Position numbers and translations under genes: made by a program. The notes under the pieces are model-generated. The model had not been told where the DNA came from. It was given only the letters and a program-made list of their open reading frames with translations, and did not search any database. From Paramicrosporidium saccamoebae KSL3 (Eukaryota > Fungi > Cryptomycota): 32,000 nt of DNA. Shown here piece after piece: positions 1 to 7,862 of this stretch. Numbering within the stretch: position 1 is the first letter of the stretch; each line of letters starts with the position of its first letter. Location of the stretch: contig MTSL01000179.1 in assembly GCA_002794465.1 (NCBI GenBank), positions 11,205-43,204 of the forward strand. Reading direction: 5' to 3'.

Positions 1-765
1 CGTGAAAGCGTGGAGGATGGCGTGAAAGGGTATAAAGTAGTAAAGAAGGACTTTACTGAAGCTCAGTGGGACGACTTGATGGAGAGGGGGGTTCCTGCAG
101 AGGGACTGACTGGAGAGACACAGACCAGCATCACTCGTCGTGTTATCAATACTCCACCAATGATTGTCCTCCTTGCACACAAGTTTGCGAATACCCAAAC
201 TCGAAAAGGAGATAAAATTGAGTATCACCAAACTTGGGACGGAACGAAATCTACCACCTTTAGCGAAACGTTTGTCCTGAATGGAGTAACCTACTACCTG
301 CACGCCGTGACTGTCTATGTGAACAGTCGACGGAATGTGACCAATGTTAAACAAAGCCACCATTACAAAGCATACGTATGCATTGACCACAACACGAACC
401 GTTGGTTCGAGTTTAATGATTCCGCTGCAACGCCTTCGAGCATTGCTAACATTGGTGATAATGGCTTCATGTTCTACTATGTTCGGGAAGACACTCGACA
501 GGAATGGATAGACCTTGGCGCATTCGATATAAAATCAATCCCGAGTATGTACAGCGTTCTGGGACAGACGATGAATGCGCTTGTTGATGGACTTTCGATG
601 CTGCTAGAGATGACGGGACTAGAACTACCCTCAACAAAACAGATAGTGAAGCTCGCTGCTGTCCCTGAGGAGGCTAAAGGTGTTCTAATCAAAGCTGATG
701 ATGCACTTGACCGTGTTGAACACGATGAGAATAATGCAGAAACTGTTACTGATAACAAACAATAA
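1..765 (+). CDS. Divergent ubiquitin-specific protease (peptidase C19/USP-like), 5'-truncated by the window edge; paralog of 1191..2432
   Basis: Frame is open from base 1 (the track's start at 10 is GTG). His-box-like YYLHAVTVY...HHYKAY...RWFEFND...GFMFYYVRE. Collinear with the 1191 ORF (RRVINTPP vs RRVISTPP; LGQTMNALVD vs LGQLFQSLVD). Confidence 0.75.
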   Translation, partial: RESVEDGVKGYKVVKKDFTEAQWDDLMERGVPAEGLTGETQTSITRRVINTPPMIVLLAHKFANTQTRKGDKIEYHQTWDGTKSTTFSETFVLNGVTYYLHAVTVYVNSRRNVTNVKQSHHYKAYVCIDHNTNRWFEFNDSAATPSSIANIGDNGFMFYYVREDTRQEWIDLGAFDIKSIPSMYSVLGQTMNALVDGLSMLLEMTGLELPSTKQIVKLAAVPEEAKGVLIKADDALDRVEHDENNAETVTDNKQ

Positions 766-863
766 ATCTAACAGTGAAAGAGTATCTAGCCATTTGTTGT
801 TTAAAGTCTGCTGGCACAGCAAATACATGGATCAGAGCGAATTGTTTTATTAAAGTTGTAGCG

Positions 864-955
864 TATAGACCATCCCCCCTCAATATACCGACTTGTGGGA
901 TCGTGCAGATATCTGGGTTGGGGCCACCAACTATAAACTGATACTGTTCAACGAG
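864..955 (+). repeat. Dispersed degenerate repeat family R1, copy A
   Basis: Shares TATAGACCATC (864-874), ATCTGGGT (911-918) and GATACTGTTCAAC (940-952) with the copy 132 nt downstream; the first and last blocks also recur at 19774-19852. Confidence 0.7.
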
Positions 956-995
956 GTTGCATCATTAACCTCACAGTTTTATCAAGTGTGTGGCA

Positions 996-1082
996 TATAG
1001 ACCATCTTCCTCAACACACCGGTTTGTGAGATGGCCATCTGGGTCGGTCTTTTCAATAACAAGTGGATACTGTTTAACAGGG
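996..1082 (+). repeat. Dispersed degenerate repeat family R1, copy B
   Basis: TATAGACCATC 996-1006, ATCTGGGT 1037-1044, GATACTGTTTAAC 1066-1078; same block order as copy A. Confidence 0.7.
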
Positions 1083-1190
1083 CCTGCCTTGTCAAATTTG
1101 ATAAATTAATTCCTACGATCACCTGAGCCAGTCATTCGAGACGGCCCCATAGATTGCACTTGGACAGGGGACCAGGGCAGGTTAATTACA

Positions 1191-2432
1191 ATGTGGCTTT
1201 CGGTCGGTATTCTAATTGCCGCACTTATCACCCTCTCCCATGGCGCCGAGTCCAAGCAGCACAGCTCGGTGGGTCTTGTGAACAAGGGAAACAACTGCTA
1301 CATTTCAGCCATCCTACAGGCCCTTTACCATTTGCCTTCTGTGCGCGAGGCTGTGGTGCGTCAAAAGTCCAACTCTATTGTTCATACCACGTTGGCATCG
1401 CTATTCGCCCGTATGACGATGGGTACCTCGGCACAGGAAATGGACGCTGACTTTTTGGAGGCAGTGGATAGGACGAGCAAGGGATTCATTGGCTTGGCTC
1501 ACGAAGACGATCCTCATGCCTTCTTCAGCTATCTTCTGGGTCAGCACCTGCCCTGGGTCAATAACGACCAGATGATGTTTGACGTGGAGGAAACTATGGT
1601 CTATCAAGATGTCACGCTCACCACCCGGATAGCAAGGGAGAACATTCTCATTAATCACGTTTTGAGAGATCCCGCCATGCCAGTGCATTACGGGCTGGAG
1701 GAAACAATCGACGAAAATTTCGCGTTCAGCTTAACCGTAGCTGAGTGCATTAGCCTGTTTGGATCCGATTCATGTTCCTCTGATCCTCCCATCTCTCATT
1801 CTGACAGTGGAAGCGTTTCCGACCCGATGACCCTCCCTGTAACCCGCATAAGACGAGTCATCAGTACGCCCCCCATTCTCGTAATGCTGGGTGACAAGTT
1901 TAAGATGAATACTCCGCCGAACCAGCAGAACCAAAGTCGCCAAACAATGGCATTTGCGTCTAACTCGGGCAGACATTGGGATGCCTCCACCCAGACCCTC
2001 TATGATCGTGCCTTTGAGTTCCTAGGGAAGCGCTATTACCTCTATAGCACCGTCATTTACAAGCCGGGAGACGGGCTTGTCAAAGACCATTTTTTCACGC
2101 ATAGCTGTATTAATGCCGCCGAGAACCGCTGGGGCCTTTTTGACGATGGCATTGTCAAGCCTTCTGTTGAAACCTACGATCTGGGCAACAATCCGTTCAT
2201 GTTCTTTTACGTAGAAGAATCTCTCGTACAGCAATGGACGCAGATGCCGCCATTTACTGTGGATCAGATTGCTCTCCGGTATCGCTTTTTGGGACAGCTT
2301 TTTCAGTCTTTGGTGGATAGTGTCCATCTGATGATGCGTCTAACTGACGCGCCTTTCCCTAAACCAAGGGCCCCTATTGAATTTACCCCCCTCAAAGATG
2401 AGATAGTTGGCGCGTTGATTGAGGACGAATAA
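1191..2432 (+). CDS. Signal-peptide-bearing ubiquitin-specific protease (C19/USP family), 413 aa
   Basis: ATG start, hydrophobic MWLSVGILIAALITLSHGA; Cys box GLVNKGNNCYISAILQAL (Cys36, nt 1296-1298); QxDAxEF-like EDDPHAFFSYLL; His box DHFFTH...WGLFDD...FMFFYVEE. Confidence 0.85.
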   Translation: MWLSVGILIAALITLSHGAESKQHSSVGLVNKGNNCYISAILQALYHLPSVREAVVRQKSNSIVHTTLASLFARMTMGTSAQEMDADFLEAVDRTSKGFIGLAHEDDPHAFFSYLLGQHLPWVNNDQMMFDVEETMVYQDVTLTTRIARENILINHVLRDPAMPVHYGLEETIDENFAFSLTVAECISLFGSDSCSSDPPISHSDSGSVSDPMTLPVTRIRRVISTPPILVMLGDKFKMNTPPNQQNQSRQTMAFASNSGRHWDASTQTLYDRAFEFLGKRYYLYSTVIYKPGDGLVKDHFFTHSCINAAENRWGLFDDGIVKPSVETYDLGNNPFMFFYVEESLVQQWTQMPPFTVDQIALRYRFLGQLFQSLVDSVHLMMRLTDAPFPKPRAPIEFTPLKDEIVGALIEDE

Positions 2433-2769
2433 CTGGATATGATGTTAGATGTGGGAACAGCCATATTAATAGGTAAGTAAACGGGTAATTGGAGACTCAA
2501 ATAGAGAGTCAGGAAAAAATCAAATGGATGCTCAAAACAAAGGTCAAACGGACGTGGGAAACTCAATGAACAATTAAACAAACAATTTCACCCTTATAAC
2601 GCGTTAATATTGTGAGGTGGTATACCCATGAACCAAGGATTCTGGTAGACGTAGTGGATTTATAACGCGCTATAAAATGTTGAAATGTTGTGTTGATCAT
2701 CATGTACCATCAGGAAAGGGGCCAGAGACATTAAGATATGATTAAATTAGCAATGTGAGATTAGAGTAA

Positions 2770-2815
2770 AAGACCCTTTATTGGTATTCCTGGCCCGTAG
2801 TTATACTATCTCACA
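2770..2815 (+). repeat. Dispersed 46-nt repeat R2, copy 1
   Basis: TGGCCCGTAGTTATAC(T/C)ATCTCACA core matches 24952-24976 at 24 of 25 positions, each preceded by AAGACCC-TT-TTG-ATTCC. Confidence 0.8.
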
Positions 2816-2820
2816 TGTTC

Positions 2821-2884
2821 CCTTTGTCGTCCCTTTGTCGTTCCTTTGCCGTCTCTGTTGCCTCTTTGCCATCCTTTTGTCGCC
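2821..2884 (+). repeat. Imperfect 11-nt tandem repeat (CCTTTGTCGTC), about 5-6 decaying units
   Basis: cctttgtcgtc / cctttgtcgtt / cctttgccgtc followed by degenerate units. Confidence 0.7.
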
Positions 2885-2934
2885 TGACCCGCTACGCACG
2901 CAGCAGGGCGTCTTGGAGCTCACAAATATGTTGT

Positions 2935-3696
2935 TTAATTATCAGGATCATCTGTTGATTGCTTTCCGGCCCACAATATGTAACGAGTCAACACATTGGC
3001 AAGCGACTTGATCACTACGACTGCCTCGTTGGCTAGTAAAACAATTCTAGAATTCTGACCAAGCTCGCCTTCCTCAGTGAATCTGCCAGGCAACGATAAC
3101 AGAAACGTTTTTAAAGCTTGCTGACCGGGCAGAGGGAGGACATATCCATTATTGTTGACGAGATCAACAACATTCCTAAGTGTCTGAACAACTTCCTTGG
3201 CAACGACTTCCCGGAGGTGCTGCACTCTAGCCATTGCCTGCACCTCTCTCGCTTGGACCGATTCACTCCATGTCTCCAGTCGCTCAGACACTCCTTCCTG
3301 GGCTCCTGCTACCGCGTTTCGCAGCCTCCCCAACAAAAAGTCAATATATGTTTCTGCATTATTTAGTCCCTGCAGAGTTCCTTCCATTTTGCGACGCATC
3401 TCAGCGGTGGGGACATAGGCGTTTTCAAGTCGTTCCAACTGGCGTCCAGCATAGCCATCGATGGTCTTTAGTTGTGGCTCAAAAGTTTCAGTGACCAAAC
3501 GCATTGAATATTCCACAGTACTGGCCCCCATTTGTACCAGACGGGAGCTGTCTTTTCCAGAGGCGTACACACGGGACAAGTGGTCCAAAGTCGAGGTGAC
3601 TAGTGCATATTCTGATAGTCTGCCAACTAGACCCGCAGAAACACCAGTGTCGGGAGCCACACTGGTCTCAGTCGCCTCGACTGATACCATGACCAT
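2935..3696 (-). CDS. Perilipin/PAT-domain lipid droplet protein
   Basis: First ATG at 3696 (track start 3705 is GTG). RLSEYALVTSTLDHLSRVYASGKDS...EPQLKTIDGYAGRQLERLE resembles the PAT domain pattern (LPLVxST...YxxxK...PQIxxxDxYAxxxLDxLE), followed by predicted helical regions. Confidence 0.7.
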   Translation of the reverse strand: MVMVSVEATETSVAPDTGVSAGLVGRLSEYALVTSTLDHLSRVYASGKDSSRLVQMGASTVEYSMRLVTETFEPQLKTIDGYAGRQLERLENAYVPTAEMRRKMEGTLQGLNNAETYIDFLLGRLRNAVAGAQEGVSERLETWSESVQAREVQAMARVQHLREVVAKEVVQTLRNVVDLVNNNGYVLPLPGQQALKTFLLSLPGRFTEEGELGQNSRIVLLANEAVVVIKSLANVLTRYILWAGKQSTDDPDN

Positions 3697-3909
3697 CAAT
3701 ACCACCTACCCCGTCCACCCCCACAGGACATTGGAGCATGTGAAAATGGAATCACATGATTTAACAATTATTTTAATAAAATATTATGTAAAAAGTACCC
3801 GTCCAATATTAATAGTCCCAATCCAGATATCCACCCCAACAAGCTAGATTTGCCCGAGGGTGGCCACCTATTAATGCGCGAGAATATTTATTTCTTAGAA
3901 GCGTCTTGA

Positions 3910-3998
3910 TAGGCCACCGTCCTCATCTCCGCACACTAGTTATAGGATAACTATCAGGATTACCCTCACTACGCAACAGTTTAATAGACCCTTTATTG
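3910..3998 (+). repeat. Dispersed repeat R1 copy D, ending in an R2-like word
   Basis: CTATCAGGATTA (3951-3962) is identical to 19812-19823 with matching flanks; followed by AGACCCTTTATTGG as in 2771-2784. Confidence 0.55.
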
Positions 3999-4036
3999 GA
4001 ATCCGTGTTCCGTATATATACTCTTCACACTTGACA

Positions 4037-5483
4037 TTATCTTTGCGGGATCTCCAAATCAACCACCGCCCCGCGAGTAATCTTTCCCCACCCAATCAGA
4101 CGCCAATGGTTGTCGATACGTCGACTAAGGGCAATCTTTTCGCCAATCTCTGTGCAGGTGGGCTTGTTGAGGAGGATTTTGGCCATGTCGCCTTTGACAG
4201 CAAGCACTTTGCCGCCTGTGCAGGTGGAGCCAATATTGACCATGAGCGTCTCAGCTTTGGCAAGACGCTGCACCTTGAGATCTTCTCGAGTGTCTGCCCG
4301 CACTCCGAGGAGACGACGGAGGAGGAAATAATTAATCTCCACTTCGGAGTAGACGGGCGGCAGATGACCCACGGCTCCCAACACTTGACCAACAAGACGA
4401 TCGGCACGACAAAGAGTCGGATCAATCTTTGTGCCCACTCCAATCAAACCGCCAGGCACTGCAAAGGGAAGGTCATTGGCCTCGGCAAATAGAGAAACGA
4501 CGCGGGTAAAGATGGGACGACATACTGATTTTCCCTCCTCATTCTTCACAATAATACCCGGCCGCACTTCCACCTCATCACCAATCTTGAGCACTCCACA
4601 GAGGATACTGCCACCGGCAACTCCGCCCTTTAGATCCTGCACCTCGGAACCCGGCTTGTTGACGTCAAAGGAGCGGATCACAATCATCTTGGGCGGCACC
4701 GAGAAATCGCGTGGCGGTACGGGAATCTTCTTGACAATATACTCACAAACGGCGTCAATGTTGTACTTTAGCTGTCCCGAAATGGGAATAATGGGCGCAG
4801 ACTCGGCAGCTGTGCCACGGACAAAATCTGTAATGTTCTTGTGCTGCTCTTCAGCCACCGTTTCTCGCACCAAATCAATCTTGTTCTGCAAAATGAGAAT
4901 ATTCTTCAACTTCATAATCTCGACGGCGGCCAAATGTTCCGAAGTCTGTGGCTGTGGACAGGGCTCGTTGGCAGCGATCAGCAAAAGTGCGGCATCCATT
5001 ACCGCAGCGCCGTTCAACATGGTGGCCATCAGAATATCGTGGCCAGGGCAATCCACAAAGGAAATGTGTCTGCAATGTCAAGTATCAAGGACTGAGCGCT
5101 TACCTTAGCAATTGCATGCTGCCCCCACAGCCAGAACGCTCGCAGGGAAACGTCACCGGCTTGTCGCTTTTGTACGACCGATAGCATCCCGGACGGGGAC
5201 ACGCATTATTGTCACACTTGTAAATCTTGGCATTTGCATATCCAAGTTTGATGGTGATATTCCTCTCCAGTTCGTTCTTGAAACGCACCGTCTGAACACC
5301 CGAAATTGCCTTTACCACCGTAGACTTTCCATGGGCTACATGGCCAATAGTTCCTACAAGTTTAATAGTCACAGACGTCCATGTACCGATATTAATGGTG
5401 GCCTGGCGTTGGATAACTTCTGGCGAGAGGGCCGTCAGTTCATTGAGGTTCACCGAGGCGAGGGAGGAGGAGAGACTGTCCAT
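4037..5483 (-). CDS. GCD11: Translation initiation factor eIF2 gamma, three exons (5483-5387, 5353-5104, 5069-4037), 459 aa
   Basis: QATINIG^[64 protein letters not shown]. Splicing two GT-AG introns yields 1380 nt in frame. Confidence 0.97.
5070..5103 (-). other. 34-nt spliceosomal intron in eIF2-gamma
   Basis: GTAAGC...TTGACATTGCAG; removal joins LLR to [10 protein letters not shown] and repairs the frame break. Confidence 0.93.
5354..5386 (-). other. 33-nt in-frame, stop-free intron in eIF2-gamma
   Basis: GTACAT...CTTGTAG; removal restores the invariant [17 protein letters not shown]. Confidence 0.92.
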
Positions 5484-5668
5484 GGAATTTGGCAGTTCTG
5501 GACAAAACTTGAGCAGCCGGGGGTAGTCAAAGACGGAGGCTGTCAGTGGGGCAGTCTGCTTATTCACAGTACAGAATCCTTAAGGGCTCTGACACTACTG
5601 ATTGGTCAATATCGATCCCGGTTATATAGTATCCCGGTCGACTAAAGCAACCTTTCCTCAGTCGGTGA

Positions 5669-6190
5669 ATGCCGCCCAAACCCAAGAAAGACGCGGCAGA
5701 CACTTTTGGTGAGATGACATCCAACTCTAAAAATGAATCTGCAGCCCAAGTCGAAACAGAGACAGCAGTAGAGAGCAGAGAAAATGCGACTGGATATACA
5801 GTGGCAGGTCCTTCTACTTCCACGACCACACAATACTACACACCCGCTCAGTTCCTATCAAGCGGATATCATGCGCCGCATACGGCACATGCACCAACAT
5901 CTGGTGGCTATTCAGTGCCGCTAGCAGATTCCGACTATGCAACGTTTATGGCCCAGCACGGCGGACAGGTCGCTCCTCACGTAGTCTATGAAGCCAAACG
6001 AGCCACTCGTCAGATGGCCCACTATTTCGACGTTAGCCAATACAAGACGCAACTGGATCAGGGCACTGCTCCTGTTCCACCCGACCCCTCCACCCTCCCA
6101 AAACGACGGCCTACTAAAAAGGAGCTCGAGCAATTCAGGAAACGCAAGGAAGAACGCAAAAGGATACGTAACCGTTGGTTATTTGAATGA
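5669..6190 (+). CDS. Hypothetical 173-aa protein with a basic C-terminal motif
   Basis: ATG ORF divergent from eIF2-gamma. The C-terminus RQMAHYFD...KRRPTKKELEQFRKRKEERK..RWLFE resembles a motif I recall from fungal proteins of unclear function; family not established. Confidence 0.7.
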   Translation: MPPKPKKDAADTFGEMTSNSKNESAAQVETETAVESRENATGYTVAGPSTSTTTQYYTPAQFLSSGYHAPHTAHAPTSGGYSVPLADSDYATFMAQHGGQVAPHVVYEAKRATRQMAHYFDVSQYKTQLDQGTAPVPPDPSTLPKRRPTKKELEQFRKRKEERKRIRNRWLFE

Positions 6191-6243
6191 ATCATTTCCA
6201 TTGGTCAATTGCCCCATAAATGGGACGATAACAAACAGCCGCC

Positions 6244-7503
6244 ATGGCGCCGCGTTTCCTTGATCGTCTGACCCAGAAACAGCGTCGGCCCAGCCGAATC
6301 CATCCCAAAAATGAGCCAACCCGCGATGATTCTGCACCCACCGTGCCCATCACACCGTGTGCCTTGGACAAGCACATTGAAGCACCGCTGCAGAGGAAGC
6401 GTAAGCTTATTACGAGTATCAACGGAGCAGTGAAGCGGGTGATGACTGGCTTTAAGAAGCTGACAATGCGAGATGTAGACTTGTCTATTGTGCATTCGGT
6501 AACATTCGAGCCGACAGTAGAGATGGTCACGACCCCAGAGCAGGAACTGAGATATCGGGCATTGAGACTCGATGAAATGTTTGGTCAGTTTTTAAGACAG
6601 TGCAGAGAGTTGACAGCCGCACAGGCTGAGCATATCTCTATCCCACCAGAACTTTTACAGGAAATGGCCTCGTATACAAAGCTCCTCCAGACTTGGTATC
6701 TAAAGGATGTACAGCCAGAAGTGGAACATGACCAACAAGATGAAAGCGACAAAGAGTGCCAATCCGAGGTGACTGACGCTGTCTGCTCATCAGATATTGC
6801 GGCCAATTCCACGACTATCCTTGACGCTACCACGGCCTCATCAGTAAACGAGTTTATTGATCTGTCTTATCAGGCAAAGGCGGCTCTGACAGAAATTGAA
6901 AAAGGAACTGTTGAAGCGGTCGAGAATAGCGATGAAGCCAACGATGTGACAATTGAGAATAGCGATCAAGCCAACGGTGTGGCAATTGAGAATGCCGATG
7001 AAGCCAACGGTGGGACGATTGAGAATGCCGATGAAACAAACAAAAAAGATGAAACGTTAGATACCGTGATGCATATTCTAGTCGAGGCCCCACAAGCCAT
7101 ATACATGCCCGAAGAACCTCTGGTATCAGAGGCCGATGTTATCTGCCAAGACGAGGTTATTTCTGTCATTCCCAAATCTCTGGTTCCAAATGATTCCATG
7201 CCAAGCCTGACTGGTCTGTTTGAAAAGCACAATTTTTCTAGTACTGAAGCTATTGATACTCTCTGTGACCTCGCCAATTCCAGGGCCATTCTCAGTGATC
7301 GTTCTGTTAGTACCGACATTTCGGACATTGGGATCCTCAGTGACCGCTCTGAAAATGCCAGTCTGACTTCAGTGCAACAGCGAACCAGTCGCTCCTCTTT
7401 TGCAAGCAACAGCAGCCGGCGTCGCATGGACCCGCATATCGCTTACATTGTGTCCCTATACGAAAGCATCCACACTCTTGTGGCCGACTCGGACTCTGAA
7501 TAG
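6244..7503 (+). CDS. Hypothetical acidic, low-complexity protein, 419 aa
   Basis: Long ATG ORF with a basic N-terminus (KRKRK), acidic middle and internal 11-aa repeats; no family recognised. Confidence 0.7.
   Translation: MAPRFLDRLTQKQRRPSRIHPKNEPTRDDSAPTVPITPCALDKHIEAPLQRKRKLITSINGAVKRVMTGFKKLTMRDVDLSIVHSVTFEPTVEMVTTPEQELRYRALRLDEMFGQFLRQCRELTAAQAEHISIPPELLQEMASYTKLLQTWYLKDVQPEVEHDQQDESDKECQSEVTDAVCSSDIAANSTTILDATTASSVNEFIDLSYQAKAALTEIEKGTVEAVENSDEANDVTIENSDQANGVAIENADEANGGTIENADETNKKDETLDTVMHILVEAPQAIYMPEEPLVSEADVICQDEVISVIPKSLVPNDSMPSLTGLFEKHNFSSTEAIDTLCDLANSRAILSDRSVSTDISDIGILSDRSENASLTSVQQRTSRSSFASNSSRRRMDPHIAYIVSLYESIHTLVADSDSE
6916..7047 (+). repeat. Coding 33-nt tandem repeat x4 (xIENxDExN)
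   Basis: AVENSDEANDV / TIENSDQANGV / AIENADEANGG / TIENADETNKK. Confidence 0.9.
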
Positions 7504-7547
7504 ATGCTAATGTAGGAGCTGATGAATAGAATTCCGTCTTTATACAA

Positions 7548-7727
7548 TCATTGAGATCTCTTTAGATTTTCTTCAAGATTTCGCACAGCCTCCTCCCGTC
7601 GCCTTGTCAAAATGTCGCGTCGGCACATGAAAAATAGTACAGCACCGCTGCCCAACATTATTGCCCTACAGGTCATTGCACTGTGTATCAAATACCAAGG
7701 GATAAAAACTTCTTTCGGAGAAGACAT
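7548..7727 (-). CDS. Two-exon microprotein gene (exons 7727-7696 and 7665-7548; 49 aa) with a single hydrophobic segment, DUF4748-like by recollection
   Basis: ATG at 7727, 30-nt GTATTT...TGACCTGTAG intron (7695-7666), product MSSPKEVFIPWAIMLGSGAVLFFMCRRDILTRRREEAVRNLEENLKRSQ. Not in the ORF track (unspliced frame is 59 aa). Confidence 0.6.
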   Translation of the reverse strand: MSSPKEVFIPWYLIHSAMTCRAIMLGSGAVLFFMCRRDILTRRREEAVRNLEENLKRSQ

Positions 7728-7862
7728 GTTCTCCTAACTCTTAACTCTTGGCTTTTGACTGGCTCTCCTAGAACTTGTGAAGAAACGATCGAAAACGAAT
7801 GAAAAAATATTTATGCTCCTTTCCTTGTCAATCTCAGGCTTGTTGGGGCCAATTTCGCCGAA

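Noticed and set aside
5484-5567. N-terminal extension of eIF2-gamma suggested by the ORF track
   Set aside because: The ATG at 5483 matches the expected start relative to the conserved [15 protein letters not shown]; the upstream codons show no conservation I can recognise.
4031-5645. Plus-strand ORFs 4031-4492, 4431-5108 and 5112-5645
   Set aside because: Antisense shadows of eIF2-gamma with no recognisable motifs.
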